Assembly (NCBI RefSeq): GCF_009914755.1
Contig: NC_060925.1
Reading direction: 5' to 3' (one strand)
Source: the human T2T-CHM13v2.0 reference genome, Homo sapiens
DNA length: 64,000 bases
Shown here: piece by piece, positions 1 to 17,544 of the stretch
Layout of the letters: each line of letters begins with the position of its first letter
Numbering within the stretch: position 1 is the stretch's first letter
Notes under the pieces: model-generated
Databases searched by the model: none
The model's input: the letters and a program-made list of their open reading frames with translations, nothing else
Told to the model about the DNA's origin: nothing
Program-made: the position numbers and the translations under genes

Positions 1-335
1 ACACCATGTACTCTTTCGTACGTGGCTCCTTTCACTCAATCTTTTGCTTTTGGAGTTCTATACTGTTATATGGTACTGTAGTCCATTTATTCTTGCTTTT
101 AAATAGGCTTCTATAGTGTATAAATATATCAAATTTATTTGTCCATTCTATTCTTAATAGGCACTTGGGCAATTTCCAGTTTGGAGCTATTATAAACAGT
201 GTTGCTATGAACATTTCTGTACAGGTCTTTTGATGAACATATGTACACATTTCTGTTGAGTAAATAAGTAGAAGTATGATTTCTGCGTAATAGGAAATGC
301 ATGTTCAGATTTAGTAAATACTGCCAGATTGTTTT
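1..335 (-). mobile_element. Old L1 (L1M-type) ORF2-end/3' fragment
   Basis: Reverse complement resembles L1 3' consensus; ORF 32-250 reads 'TCTEMFIATLFIIAPNWKLPKC', similar to the L1 ORF2 C-terminus. Confidence 0.8.
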
Positions 336-339
336 TTTT

Positions 340-870
<531 letters not shown>

Positions 871-877
871 TTTTTTA

Positions 878-1083
878 ACCACTACTCACAATAAGTAATA
901 TATTTACATTGCCACCAAGTACTCTTACATATGTAACAAAGTTTCTTGTAACAATACTTAACTTTACTATGTGTTTTGCACTCTGATATTTGCTATTCTA
1001 TTCTTTTTCTTTAAAAATAAAATGTTGGCTCTGATTCACTGAATTTATTTCTCCACCTAATGGGTCACAGTTGGAAAAATCCT
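878..1083. mobile_element. hAT-Charlie-like DNA transposon remnant
   Basis: Terminal 'ctaatgggtcacagttggaaaaatc'; similar sequence in opposite orientation at about 40862-41065. Confidence 0.45.
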
Positions 1084-1167
1084 ATAATCACAGATCATGG
1101 CTGACATCTCAGATCCTTCCTAACTCACAGATCAGATTAGTTCATAAACACTTATTAAAAATTTGAG

Positions 1168-1576
<409 letters not shown>

Positions 1577-1679
1577 TCATCATCTATAATTTTAATAGAG
1601 AGACACTAAGGCAGAGATACGCAGTGGCTGCTCTGGGTACACAGTGGATAGGGGATTGAAAGAATAAAAATTAACCATA

Positions 1680-1890
1680 ATTGATAACATTTATTAAGCT
1701 TTAATTGTGTGCTAATCTCTTTGAATACTTAATTCACCTAATCCTTACAACCCTATGAAGTAAATGTTATACTCATTTTTAAGAAAAGGAAATTGAGCTT
1801 CAGAAAGATTAAATAATTTTCCCAGAGTGACACACACAGCCGAGAAAGAAATATAGCCTTGAACTGTTTCATTCCAAAATCTATGCTTTT
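1680..1890 (-). mobile_element. MIR
   Basis: MIR core 'cctaatccttacaaccctatgaagta...gaaattgagcttcagaaagattaaataattttcccagagt'. Confidence 0.7.
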
Positions 1891-2372
1891 ACTTTATTTT
1901 AGTAGAGTTTTGTAGGTGACTCAGTTTATGACTTGTTTCTGAAGCTAGCTACTTGCTCAATTTACCCACAAAGGACAAGGTGCTTGGTATTTTAGTTCTC
2001 AAAGTTAGATATGCTCTACTCCCAGCTACACATCATCTGCCCCTCTACAGCTCAATGGAAAGGTTCCCCCTACCCGCTGGGGCCGTTACCTGACTGTTGC
2101 CAAACTCACTGGTTAAATCATTTGGACAGAGCATGGTTGGCTCTGGAATAGCAAATTTTCTATGAATATACTGGCATTACAAAAAGCTGATTTGGTCACC
2201 AGCTTTCAGATTTATTTCCGTGAACAGGGCGAGAGTTGTCAAAAGAATAAGCTCATGGAGCTGATGAAGAACTTGATGATGAGGGGAGGTTTTCTCACCC
2301 GGCAGGTCCAGTGTCAACCAGGCAAACAGCTTCTACTGCTCTAAATTTTTAGCATCCACCTGTCTGGACTAG

Positions 2373-3221
<849 letters not shown>

Positions 3222-4758
3222 TCGTTCAATGCTGAAAAAGTCATTACTAATTATCTTCCCCATTTCAGTGGAAATGTTCTGGTTTCTAGCATATGAGAAA
3301 GCTGAGTAAACATCAGGTGAATCATATATGAACCTTATACAACTTCCCCGAACACATAACTCAAGAAAAGAGTGAACTAGAAATGTTTAAGGGCAAACTA
3401 TAAGACTGAAGGTTAAAAAAGGAAAGCAAATTAGTCTGTTTTGTTTTGTTTTCTATTCCCCTGCAATTTGATTTAATAAAATGCAAGCATTAATTGCATT
3501 TGCTTGCTGTATCTGTGAAAATTTGGAAAATGGAAGTAACATTCAAGAAAATTAATGATCTGGTTTCAAAATTTAAGAATTTTGACTTTGTTTCTTTTCT
3601 GGAGTACAGCCTTCAAGCAAGACAAGGTGTCCATTTACCACAGCTATATTGTACTTAACAGATCTCCATTGATAGCTTATTTGAATTTGTTTTTCTCTAT
3701 ATAAATGTTTAGCCTAGAGGAATCAGGGACATTTATTTTTCTCTGAATTTATGGTGAGTTAGTAGAGAGTCCTGTTTACAAAGACATAGTTACAACCAGA
3801 GATATATGGCCACTGAGGTTAAAGTGGTTAAATGATTTGCTGGCATTCACACAACTAGTATGTGTTGTATGAAGGCCTAGTTAATTCCAGTACCTTTACT
3901 TATTATGGTGCTGGTGCTTTGCATGTAACACTTCATATTAGGAAAATGCTTGTTTTCAGAATTCTATTATTGAAACATCTTTGGAAGTTGAATTTCCTGT
4001 TTAATATTCAGCACTGCTAGCAACTAATTATCTGAATTTTAAGAAGGAAATTCTGCCTTGGCAACTCCAGTCTACTTTTAAATGGGCCTATACTTGGATT
4101 TCGGCTTGGGGAATTTGCCAGAATCAATGCTTTCACTCCTACTTGCTTATTTTCCACACACTAGATCAGTCTGGACCTGACTCCCCCAACCCCCATTTTT
4201 TCAGCTACATGCTAAGACTATGTTTAAAATACCTAAAGACTGGGAAGGGGTTGTTTTTGTCTCAGAAAGGATAAGTAACACCTCATGGTGCCGTCCCCAT
4301 CCTGGGAGGCTCGCCTGACTGTGGCTGAGGGATCATATTTTCAAGGCTAAGTGGAGCATCCATCCATTCAGTGGATGCCCCAGGACACTACTTCTATTGA
4401 AATCTACCCCATTTTATAAATAAAATTCCAAACTGGGCTCAGAACATTCCACAAGCTGTCTCTGGCAAAAATTCAAATAGCATTTAAAGTTAGAAGAAAG
4501 TCCAGAATACAAGAGATGTCATATTGACCCAAGGTGGCTCTATGTGATTCTATTTTAAAACACTCAAATGCACTGAGGACTTGTTTTCCTCTGCCTCAGA
4601 GCATTTTCTGAGTTCTGTGGCCAGCAAGACAAGCATGATCTGAATTTCTTTTTTCTGAACGCTTATGGCTAAAGTGCTAAATTAGTCATAGACTATTTAT
4701 AATAAATTGTATAATAATACTGTTTTATTTTCATAGCACTTTCACAGCCTGTGATTCA

Positions 4759-5306
<548 letters not shown>

Positions 5307-8300
5307 TCACACAATTTAAGAATGAATTTATTTTCCACTTCATAATGTGGTATATTATCATTCATAATGTAGAATAACATGCTGTGGATTTACAGTGTCT
5401 TTTAAATCATTACGCCTAACCCAAAGGATGTAGACTTCCAATTTTTAACTATTATAAATAATACTTGATAAATGTCTAGGTGCATAAAGCATCTTCTTCC
5501 ACAGCATTATTTTTTGAATGAGAGATGTTCAGAAGTAGAATAACTATGTCAACATTTCCAGTTCTTGAAAGTACATTGCAAATTACTTAAAGTTATAGTC
5601 CCATAAGAAAGATATTGCATTCAATTTAAATATCTTTTTCAAGACCTGAATCCCTGTATTGTAAAGGGGGAAACTGAGGCACACTGACATTAAAGTGGCA
5701 TAACCTAGGTGAATCAATAGCAACATTTCCAACTTTTACCCTTCTCTAGGGTAAAATGCTTCACTGTTGCTGTTAATCTCTATTACTATCCTGAAACGTT
5801 TCCTGAAATGATAATAAACAGAAAATTTTAACATAAGAAAGTAAAAGATAGATGTAAATTACATCAAAACTATGTATACCTATTAGGATGTCTATTACAA
5901 GGACAGAGAAAAGAGAAAATAGATGCCTTGTTTGGTTAGGGGATTATGGGCAACATCCTTTATATGCTGCTTTTAAACTAAGTCAACATAGGTTTTTATT
6001 GCAGGAAGAAGTTCACATTTGTGTCTACCAAATGACAACATGTAAAGTTTGGAATTGAGTTGGTTTTAGGTTTTTCTGTGTATCACTTGGAGGTTTTCTG
6101 TGTATAACTTTCTTGTATTACTTGGAGATTTTCAGGTTATTGGCACCACAGGAGCAGCATTATTGCCAGCAGACCCGGGGAGCTGGTTGGAGAGTCATTG
6201 CGACTTAATTTACCCTGAGCTAAAATTATTATGAGTGGGCCTTAATATACCAGTTGTTCCCACCTACACATCTAGCCTTGCCTTTGCTGGGATAAATTTG
6301 TATACCCTTCAGAGGTTAGATTCAGAAGTACCTCCTTTAGGAATTATTTTTAGAACCTAGATCTGGGTGTAGCCAGAACACGCTCTGCCTACTCTGTTGT
6401 AGCATGTAGCTAGTTGGTTAACTTGATATTTTCCATACTCCAAGTTTATCGGCAGAATGAAACGTTTTTGTCTATAAGTCTTCAGCATCTAACATTGCCT
6501 CTAGCACTTAGAAGGTCATCTATTAAGAGCTTTCCAGAGAACATTCCCCAAAAGGCCGATGGGAATATCTGTTTGGTGGGTGTCTCCTTATTGTAGAATG
6601 GATACAACAGGTTATCAAACTTGACACCATTATACATTCAGATTGTATTTATCATTGTTTAAGAAATATGTGTCTTGTTTCCTCAGTTACGGGAAAAGAA
6701 AAAAAAAAGAAATACGCATCCAATTCCTATGATCTAGACTTCTTTAATGCTGGACAGATGATAGTGAATGATCTAAAAACCCTCCCTTCCAGAGACTGAC
6801 ATTCTAGAGGGGTCACTAGGCATGGACATACATCACTGTTATACCTTGACCTGACATAGCCTTAACTCGAATTCACTTCAGTATGCTATCAGCACAGCCA
6901 TCTTTTGTAGCTCATCTTTCTTCCAGATTTTCCACCCTTAGGATCCTTAATGCTGAAATTATACTTCTTGACCACAGGTCAAGTCCCCCACTTCCTCATT
7001 CTTTCTGAATGTTGTTTACTGCGTCATGTATTCCAGTTCCTCAACTCTCTGTATCTTCCAGGCCATCTGCTGTTTATTCACCTCCATACTGAACCTAGAC
7101 GTCAGAGTCAGCTCTTTGAATCGTGTTCTCAACGCTGCTTTAGAATCTCTAACTGCCTTAACCATCTCCCGGCTTGGTAACCCTTAGTCAATTTTATTTT
7201 AAAATCCTAGAGGATTCTATGAGTGTTGTTTTAGTATGTTATAAAACCGCACTGAGAAGAGAGACTCTAGATTCATTCTTGCTAATCCTCAACAGGTCTA
7301 TAATGCTGCTGAGAAATTCTCCTCCTCCTCCCACCTGCCTCTTTCTCCTGCTCCTCCTTCCCTGACTCTTTCTCTTCCTCTAAAAATATATTCCTCACAA
7401 CCTTTGATTTCCGTAGTGTAAATAAAAGCAAGATGCAGAACTGTTACATTCAATATTATTTCCATTTGCAGAATTCACACAGGCAAATAAACTGAAGAAC
7501 AACTAAATACATACAAATCTTTATCAATGTTGCCTTCAGGTGGTAGAATTTTAAAGATTATTTTTATTTTTCTCTGTACACTTTTCTCTTTTCCAAAATT
7601 TCTACGAGGCATGTACTTCTTTTAAAATCATCAAAAATAGACATTGTAAAGAAAAGAAACTGAAAGATTATGTGAATATAAAAGTAGGTGGAAAGGGGAA
7701 AAAAATCACCTGTTTCTTAACATTCAGTCTAGGGCTCTAGAAAGATTGAGCCAACTGCAATATACTCCAGTGCCTTGTGGATATTAGTTGTTAATGAAAA
7801 CTGAGGATTGTAGGGTGCATTGCCAGGACCAAAAGCAAAATGCAAAAGGTAAGTTTCAGAGGTGGGTGGAGAGACCATACACCATCCCTGGGGTAATGTG
7901 ACTGAATCCAAAGCAGGTTATTTTCATGTCTTCTTTTGAAAGAGTGATACCTATGTCTTGGCTGATGCAGGGGAGGTAGAGGAAAATTTATTAGATATTT
8001 GGATATGTGATGACCTCAGAAGGTAAAGTGAGGAAAAATAATTACTTACTTATTAAGGGGTTTCTCTGAACCTTGATGGATAGCATCAAGAAAGTAATGT
8101 TAGTTTCCTTATTTTCTTTAGGATGAAGACTTAGTGCTGGACCAAAAACAAAACAAAACAAAGATCCCGAAACTTAAAGAAATTGTTGTGGATGCACGAT
8201 GATTTTGTAGCTCACTGTAGCTATTGGGGACTTAGCACTCCAGAAAACAGCCTCTCAGAGTGATGGTCACTGTCAGTGAATAGACTTTGAGTGAAGGGTG

Positions 8301-9159
8301 TAATTGCAGCCTATACTGGAATAAAGTGGATGTTTCTGTATCGGTGCCAAGTCAGCCCACACTTAGTCAGCATGCAGAAGGAGGCTCACCGTGATGCTCT
8401 CTCTCCTCTGGGAGCTTTGCCAATTAAGCATCCTCACTTGCAGAGGTTATAATGATAGATCTTGAGATGAGAAAAAATGATAATTTCACTGTATTATATA
8501 ATAGTCTTAACGTTCTGCATCTGGGGCTTTTACCCTATTTGCATTTGAATATGTGTTTTTACAATTCGGGTGCCACATTGTGGGAGGGTATTTGGCAACA
8601 TTTGGAACATAGAAAATATATCCAGTGTCTCTCCTTGGCAAGAGGAAAAAAACACATCTGAGAAGTCTCAGAGCTTGTTCACTAATGCCTTTTCCACTTT
8701 GATTGTTTCTGTTTCCACCACCTTTCCCGCGTTTCAGTTTATTCCCTTGGGTAGGGACAATGCCAAGTGTTAACACGGGAGGGGTTGGAGAAAGATGTAA
8801 ATATTCTGAAAAAAGTGGGTTAGAGATAGAGAAGTATAAAATGATGGATGACTCACTTTTCACGATAGGACCTATATAAAAAGTCACACTAGCCACTTCC
8901 GTTTTGGGATTTTAATTATTTTGTCACATGGCATCTGTTACACCAGTACTCAAATACTCAAGTGTAAGCTGTGCCCATCAGGGATAAGTTGATAGTCTAA
9001 GAAACAAATTTGTGTCAGGGTTTGAGACAAAAATCCCATCTCATCAGCACAGCAAACCGTCCACCCTTCCTTTCGCCTCAGCTTCTCAGGGGTGAGTTCC
9101 CTGGAGTCAAGGCAGGTACAAAGGAGGTTCCCTGTAAATGTGTGGTTAGAAATAGGGCA

Positions 9160-9370
9160 TATTGGGAAGAGTAAAAGTTTGGAGTCAAATAGACAGTTTT
9201 CAAGTTCAGGCTCTGACACCAACTAGCTGTGCGATCTTGGGCAAATTACTTTATCCTTCCAGGCCCCTTGTTTCCTCATCTGTAAACAGGGATTGTATGA
9301 CGTACTTCACAGGATTCTATGATGACTGAATGAACTGATGCCTAGAAAGTATCAGGCATTCAGTAAATTG
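9160..9370 (+). mobile_element. MIR
   Basis: 'ttcaagttcaggctctgacaccaactagctgtgcgatcttgggcaaattacttt...tttcctcatctgtaaa'. Confidence 0.75.
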
Positions 9371-10141
9371 CAGAGGCAGCATTGGTGGTGAGTGGTGATG
9401 GTTGTCCATGATAATAATATGTTCATTTAATACAAGATTAGTATTGAGGAAAATTCCAGTGCAAGAAAACCTGTGGAATTATAAAATTATGCACCAGCAG
9501 TCCAGAAATTGTTAACTGTAGATGTCTTTGTTTTTAAGTTGACACTATTTCTAAAATCTTACCATTTATAAACTGTCAGGGCCAGAGCTTCCCATATTAA
9601 AAAATAGGCCACAGTTCTTCTCATTCTGACCCTTTTGTGTTTGCCACAGTTGAATATAGCTGTAAATTAAAAATAGGAAAAATGCATCTTGGAACGTTTG
9701 AAAAATTTATTTCATTTGAAACAGAAACCAGCAACTCTTCTTAAATGAGCTCCAAGAATATGGGAATTGGAACACAATCTGCATTTGGTTCAATGCCTAC
9801 TCCTGTGAGGACCCCAAGAAAGAGCAAACTTCAGCAGTCTTGCTGTCATGCCACACGCCCCTCACTGTTTGAGAGGCCACACCGAGCCGAATCCTTTCCA
9901 TAGTTATCTTTTATCAAGGTCATTAATTAGGAAGAGCAATGTAAATTCAATAAAAATAGATTATTCAAACTTTTTAAAAATAAGAATTAGCCTTTTGGCA
10001 AAAATAGTAAGAAAAAAAGGGGGAGGATGCTCAGTATATTTTCCGCCACTCTAAACCTCCGGACTTTTTATTTCTCTGCGTTCTTTTCTAGTTTGTTTCT
10101 ATGGGTATTTTCACAATAGTGCAAATCTTAGCCCCTTTCTT

Positions 10142-10447
<306 letters not shown>

Positions 10448-10769
10448 ATCTTAGCCCCTTTCTTGCTGACATTATTTTAAATCATTTTGGGGGCTTCTAA
10501 GCTATAGTGTTTGAGGAGGGAGGTGCAAATGAAGAAACAATTTCACCCTTGGCTTCCCTTCATATTCCCACCTGAGGGTGAGCGCTTGGGGAGGAAGGCT
10601 TGAGGAGGGGGAAAGGTAAACAGGAAGTTGGAAGATGTCCTAGGAGGCAGTTTAGGGCTCCTCAGGGTGGGGGGAAGATGGAGCGGGGTGGTTGGGAAGG
10701 GGAAAACAAAATGAAAGCCCCCTGAACACACCGTTCATTTTCCTATAATTGGGTCTTTGTTATGTTTCC

Positions 10770-11075
10770 TTGTGTATTTACACCCATCCTTTAAGACCTA
10801 GATTCAGTGTTATCTGTTTTCTGTAAATGTCCTAGACCCCTCCGCCAACCACCCTGTCCCAGCCCACTCCCCACCAGGACAAAATTAATTGCTATCTTAT
10901 TTATGTTCTGAAATCTCTGTTAAATCTAATTTTTCTAATAATTATCTCTCTGAATCATGTGCCTGCTTCCCTCAATAGATTCTGAGTACTTTAACCACAG
11001 GGTATATATACTTTTTCACCTTTGTATTTCCAGTACCTGGCATATAAGCAACTTCTCAATAAATGTTTACAAAAT
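10770..11075 (+). mobile_element. L2 3' fragment
   Basis: 'ctttgtatttccagtacctggcatataagcaacttctcaataaatgttt' resembles the L2 3' terminus. Confidence 0.6.
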
Positions 11076-12570
11076 GGAATTATAAAAACCCTAAAAATAG
11101 CAATGAAGGCCCAGGTTTTCGCTCTAGGTATTGCTATAGCAGATTGTTTTTTCTCCTTCTGAATTTTTGTTCATAATAATAAAATATATATATATATATA
11201 TAAAGAAGCTTGAAAGCTAGAAAACGCCTCTGGGAGATGGCCCTGGTCTTCAGGCTTAGAAATGTTAAGCAAGGGTGGTGGTTAGTGATGAAGTAGGAGG
11301 GCCAGACTATGTGGTTCTCAGAACAAACTAAATACCTGTGATTGGCCTGAAGAGAGGGCCTGAAAATCACCATTCCTTTGGGAGTTTAGACACTCATATG
11401 GGAATAAATAACCTTAGGTTAATTATTTTAGTAGGTGAGACTGGAGAGAAGAAAGTATGGAGCCTAGACAGGCATCAGTACCTTAGAAATAGTTTTAGTG
11501 GTGATTTTGGTCCTAGAATACAAATATCTCATACTGTTCAAAGACTCATAGAACCTGCTTTGTAATGATGATTACCATCTTGTCATTGCTTTTGAATGAG
11601 ATGATTCATTCATATGATCTGTTGTTCCTCTCAGTCCACAAATTAGACAGACTAAAATACAAGAAAATAATACCAGAAATAACAGTTTACGGAGGAAGGT
11701 CTATACCTGCCTTATAGAAAATATCTCTCTCTGCAGGCTCCTAAGCAAGAAGAAACCCAAGTGTCTACCCCTCCCCACAATGTTATGAGAAACTAGACTA
11801 GTGGGACCAATGAGATGCTTGAATCTTGAAAGGAGCTATATCAGTGGCCAGTTTCAAGTAAAGCAAAACTGAGTGTTTTGGATAACCCTGGCCATAAATG
11901 AAACTACCATTCTTAGAAAATTACTGGAAGAAATCATCACAGGACAGTTTGAGAATGTCAGAATATCAGGGGGTGGCAGATGGCCTTCAGAGAAGCAATT
12001 ATTTCCTGATCATTCTCAACTTAATCACCCTGGAAAGCCATAGAAAAACCAAGTAATATGGGATATTGAATGTTGATGTGTTATTTGAGTCTAATATCTT
12101 AATAGCTACTTATCAGCAACTCAAGAAAATATGAGTGATATACCATGCAGAAATCAAGCAGGTGAACAGCTTGTGAGTAGGTTGTACTTGGAAAATGCTT
12201 GGTACTTCCGAAAGCAAAATAATGTCCTGGTGAGAATATTAATATATGTGGTTTTAGTGGAATTGGTATTGTCATTAGCAGATTGATGACGTAGGGAGAA
12301 AGACAAGGTAAGACATTGAGGAAAAATATAGTTCATTTATACAGAAAAAGCAAAATTTTAAGTGAAAGCATCATGGGAGAAAGATTATATATGGAAATGC
12401 AGGAGAGCTAAAAGTGGCCTGGCGAACCACATATTAGCTGAGCATGAGTCATTCATGAATTGATATTTTCAAAAACTAGAGACACTTGAATTTGAGAAAC
12501 TAGGACAAGGATATAAAATTTTTTTCTGAACTTGGGTAATACGAAAGAATGTACCAACATATATTACCAC

Positions 12571-12572
<2 letters not shown>

Positions 12573-12627
<55 letters not shown>
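12573..12627. repeat. (TG)27 microsatellite
   Basis: Direct count of a perfect dinucleotide run. Confidence 0.98.
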
Positions 12628-12629
<2 letters not shown>

Positions 12630-14132
12630 ATGCTTGGAGTCTGTCTCTACCATACCCCAATTCTCCTTGCACTTTGGTTTATCAAATGTTGTCACAAATT
12701 GCAACCCCTTAGACTTATACTCTGTGTTTCTTCAGTCTGAGCCCCTTCCCTTGGGGAGCGTCAGATTCCTTTGTAACTTGTGGAGCAGCTGAGTGAGCCC
12801 CTTTCTCTGGCAATAAGAGAGGGAACTTGAGCTGTTAATAGAGCTAAAGTGATTTCTTAAAAATCTCCTGAGACACTGCGAGTATGCTTATTAACTCAGT
12901 ACCCATCTAAAGTGACCTCTCTATCCTTCCAGTTATTGATTCATATCAGGCAGGCAGTGTGCTCAGAGTGGGTGTGGGTGATGCGGGAAGGGTGAGGTGT
13001 CTGGTAGGGCTGATATGTATTGCTGTGTTGTAGCTTGCTCTTGACCTATAATGTGCAATCTGCAGAGCAGAGAAGATTGAGTGAGATCATGTCTGGAAGG
13101 CATCCTGGATCCTTGGACAGTATTAAAATGGGTTTTATGCTTAAGCATCTATTAGAATAGAACTGCATAATTACTGCAAGGAACCTTAGAAAGTCATGTC
13201 CTTCTTTTATAAATATTAGAGAAAACTAATGCCCAGAGAGGTGAAAGTGACATGCAAGCCAATATAGTAGCTTGTTGCCACAAATTAATTAATTGTGTGT
13301 GAAGCCAATGGGTTTCTCAAGACTGTGCCTTAATAAAGCAGAAATGAAATTCTGTCTGCACTTGGTCTATACTGGGGTAACAGCATCAGAAACCTGCAAG
13401 ATGCCAGGCAAGTATCATAATTAAGTGAATGAGGGACGACAAGGACAGGGAGTGGCAGGGACTGTGGCAAACTGGAAAACACATCCCTGTCCTGTGTAAA
13501 GGGGGCAAGTTCTCCCGCTGTGTGGGAAGGCAGGCCCAGTGTTGGCAGACCCACTCATTTCCCAAGAGCAGTTAGAAGTGGGTCAAACTTGTGTGGGCTA
13601 AATAAAACATGTCGGATGGGCTGAATTTGGCCTGAGGGTTGACCTTGCTCCTGACAGCAGATGCAGCCACCTTTGTCTGTGGACTAGGCAGAAATGCTCA
13701 GTGAATAGCAGCAGCTAAGTATAAATTTTTTCCCCACAGATTTTTTTAAGACATTGTTCTGGTTGATGGTTTTGACATCCTTCTCCTATTTTACCTCCAC
13801 AGAGGGGAGTGCATACGTAGTACATTCCTCTTTGGCATTGTTTACTCTCAGGGAAAGCTTTTAAGGAGGAGAAGGGAAAGAGGCAGGGGGCCTGGAAGAA
13901 TCACAAGCTGGTGATCTACTTTTGGATACGAAATAATTGTCAGGTGGCATGTGTAGCCCGATGTGCCCTGTCTGGTATTTTCATGTCCATCTGGGACTTA
14001 ACAAAGTGAAGATTTCTGCCAAGATCCAGCCCTGAGGCAGGGAAGAAAAAACCACCAATTTCCAAGCAAATGCCAGGTCCTCCTCTGCCTCCCTGTGAAT
14101 ATCTTCTGGCTTTTAAAAAGAGAAGTCCTGTA

Positions 14133-14430
14133 GGCTGGGCGCAGTGGCTCATGCCTGTAACCTCTGCACTTTGGGAGGCCGAGGCGGGCGGATCACCTGA
14201 GGTCAGGAGTTCGAGACCAGCCTGACCAACACGGAGAAACCCCGCCTCTACTAAAAATACAAAATTAGCCGGGCATGGTGGCAGGCACCTGTAATCCCAG
14301 CTACTGGGGAGGCTGGGGCAGGAGAATCGCTTGAACCTGGGAGGCGGAGGTTGTGGTGAGCCGAGATCGTGCCATGCACTCCAGCCTGGGCAACAAAAGC
14401 AAAACTCTGTCTCAAAAAAAAAAAAAAAAA
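14133..14430 (+). mobile_element. AluSp-like
   Basis: Alu consensus with 'cctgaccaacacggagaaacccc'; flanked by repeated agagaagtcct. Confidence 0.93.
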
Positions 14431-14649
14431 AGAGAGAAAGAGAGAAGTCCTCTACATCTCTGTTTACAGAATTCTTGGGAGCCCCCAAGAGTTTAAAGAA
14501 TAAGCTACCTATTGAAAGCATCTTTCTGTAGGGTTATTGAAATCATCTGTTTCTGACATCCCCATCAGACAGTCAGTTGTCAAGACAGTAGATAGTCCCC
14601 CTTTAAAACATTAGTCACTGAGTCCGTCTTTCTTTTTGATTCACAAGAC

Positions 14650-15140
14650 TCTAGTGGCTAAATGCCTCTCCATGTCTTGAAAGGCTTCAAACAGTCTGCG
14701 CCCCCTGCCCAGTCTTCCCATTACTTCCCTGACCTCACCTCCTACTGCTCACCACGTGCTCACTGCACCCAGCCACTAACTAGCATGCTCCCTCTTATGG
14801 GCCTTTGCATTTTATGTTCTCTGCTTAGAAGACTCTTTCCCTAGAGACCCCCATGCCTGTCCTTATGGCTTCATAGAGCAGCCTTGTCTACTGAAAATTG
14901 CAATCCCCTCTACCTCCTCCTACCTCCAGCTCTCCCTATCCACATTCCCCACTTTCCTTTTTTTTATAGCACTTGTTCCCAACTGCTACTATACAATTTA
15001 TTTATTGTCTCCCCTTACTGTAAAAATTCCATGAGTGCAGGGATTTTTGTCTGTTTTGCTCACTGCTACATTTGTGGAGCTTACAACAGTGCCTAAAAGC
15101 ACTTGTCAAGCATGGGCTTGAGAAGTATTTGTTGAATACA
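14650..15140 (+). mobile_element. L2 3' fragment
   Basis: 'gggcctttgcattt...agggatttttgtctgttttgctcactgct...aagtatttgttgaat'. Confidence 0.75.
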
Positions 15141-15329
15141 TTTTGAGATACTGTCCCCTCTCTGCTAGGGATGGTGGTATTTACTATGCTGAACAGATAC
15201 ACCTCTTGCTACTGAATCATGGTGTTATTAACATTTCCACTCATAAACTTTGTCTGTTTTTCAAGGTTTCTGTGTCAATTCTACTTTCTAAACATATCTT
15301 AAATTTTTAAAATTTCCCCTTTGTTAAAC

Positions 15330-15920
15330 CATCACAACTTCCTATTTGGAATATAGATTCTCACCATCCATTTTTGCCCCTCCACAGTCTCACTGTGTAG
15401 AGCCAGAATGCAGCTGGAATGACCTATCTAAAATATAAATCTGATCATTGCCATTCTTTCCTTAATTTAAAATCCTTCATTGATTTCCCGTAGCTTTTCA
15501 CATTAGACTCAGTGGCCTTACCCCATACCACAAGGTCCTGCGTGGCCTGGTTGCAACATTGGCTTTCTTTGTTCCTCTAACAGGCCAGAGTCCTTTCTGA
15601 CTCAGGGCCTTTGCTGTTCTCTCATGATGGAACACTCTTCCACTCCCATTCTCCCATTCTACACCTGGTTGACATCCTCCCATCTACGTTTAAATGTTCC
15701 TTTCCCTGAGTTTCTCTGAGTCCCTGTGCTAGTTAAGTTCCCTCTGCATTTTCCTTCACAACATTTACTACAATAGTAGTTAATTCTTGTGAAATTATTT
15801 AATGGCTGGCTCTCATGTACTTATTGAGAATAGGAACTCTTCTGTGGTGTTTGCCTTTGTATCCCTAGCACTTGACACGGTCCCTGATACATAATAGAAG
15901 CTTAGTAAATACTTGCAGAG
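15330..15920 (+). mobile_element. L2 3' fragment
   Basis: 'ctaaaatataaatctgatcat', 'ctcagggcctttgct', 'gtatccctagcacttgacacggtccctgatacataatagaagcttagtaaatacttg'. Confidence 0.75.
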
Positions 15921-16025
15921 AGATAAACAGAAATGACAAATAGGTAGGTGTCTTCTCCTCGATCCCTGGGATGGGAGCCTTGTGGGGTAGTATCTCATTA
16001 ATTAATGATGTGTTTGCCTCCACAG

Positions 16026-16081
16026 AGATTATTTTGCAGAGGATGATGGGGAGATGGTACCCAGAACGAGTCACACAGCAG
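16026..16081 (+). CDS. PDE4DIP: Myomegalin internal coding exon of long CM1-containing isoforms (R)DYFAEDDGEMVPRTSHTA(A)
   Basis: Acceptor tttgcctccacag|, donor |gtaagg; 56 nt, phase 2 to 1; joins the next exon in frame; peptide recognised from PDE4DIP isoforms (recall). Confidence 0.9.
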
Positions 16082-16111
16082 GTAAGGATGCTGTGGGCCT
16101 TGCCTTGTTAA

Positions 16112-16413
<302 letters not shown>

Positions 16414-16735
16414 AATTCTTGGTTTTCTATTGATCTTAATTCTCTTGAATTATGGCCTCTTTAAATTCATCATGGCAATATCTTCAAACTTTTGTGAATT
16501 TCCAAATTTGCACATACTACTGTAGCAATTTCACACGAGAATTATAAGCTAGCTATAATTCTATGTACTGAGAAGCAGCATAGTACAGTAAATCATTACA
16601 GATACTTATGTGAATTCTTCATACTTTTAACGGTTCTGTAATTGCAAGGCTAAACTCACTTGTACAATGATTAAAATAAATTATGTTACTAAAATGAAAT
16701 CTTTATCTTAATACACCATTAAAATGGGTATAATA

Positions 16736-17073
<338 letters not shown>

Positions 17074-17544
17074 TTAATCTCATAGGTGAGATTGAGAAAA
17101 GCTTTTAGTACAGAGGCTATCAAGGAATAAGCACTCTGTATCTTATCTATTGTTACTATTAATGTATTCCTAACAACAGCACAATTATTACTACACTAAC
17201 ATTAGCCAGAGATCTACCTGAATTGCAAAACCAAAGGGAAGATAACATTCTTTTGGGGTCTATTTTCCACAAAACTTGTTCTCGACCTGAGGGTTTTACT
17301 TCCTTGCTAAGTTCTTTGCCTTTTTCATAACAGCCTGGAAGCACAGATTGTTTATATGCACAATTTGGAAAAAAGTTTTTAATTTGAATAAGTTAAGAAT
17401 TTCAGAGTCACTTAAAATTAGTATTTGAAATGTGTGTTAAATCCACAAATTCCAAGGGTTACTGTGCTCAACATTTTAAATGTCAATATTCTACATTTTG
17501 AGGCAAAAATTGAAGGACTAGGGCAAAAATGTGAGGGGAATGGA

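Noticed and set aside
2162-2344. 60-aa ATG ORF in unique sequence
   Set aside because: No recognisable homology or convincing splice donor
6069-6137. Short degenerate repeats (ttttctgtgtat-actt)
   Set aside because: Ordinary local slippage with no spacer structure; not CRISPR-like
9667-9676. MEF2-like TTAAAAATAG
   Set aside because: Frequent by chance in AT-rich intron; no supporting cluster
11880-12330. Possible CR1/L3 RT remnant
   Set aside because: Resemblance too weak to support without an HMM search
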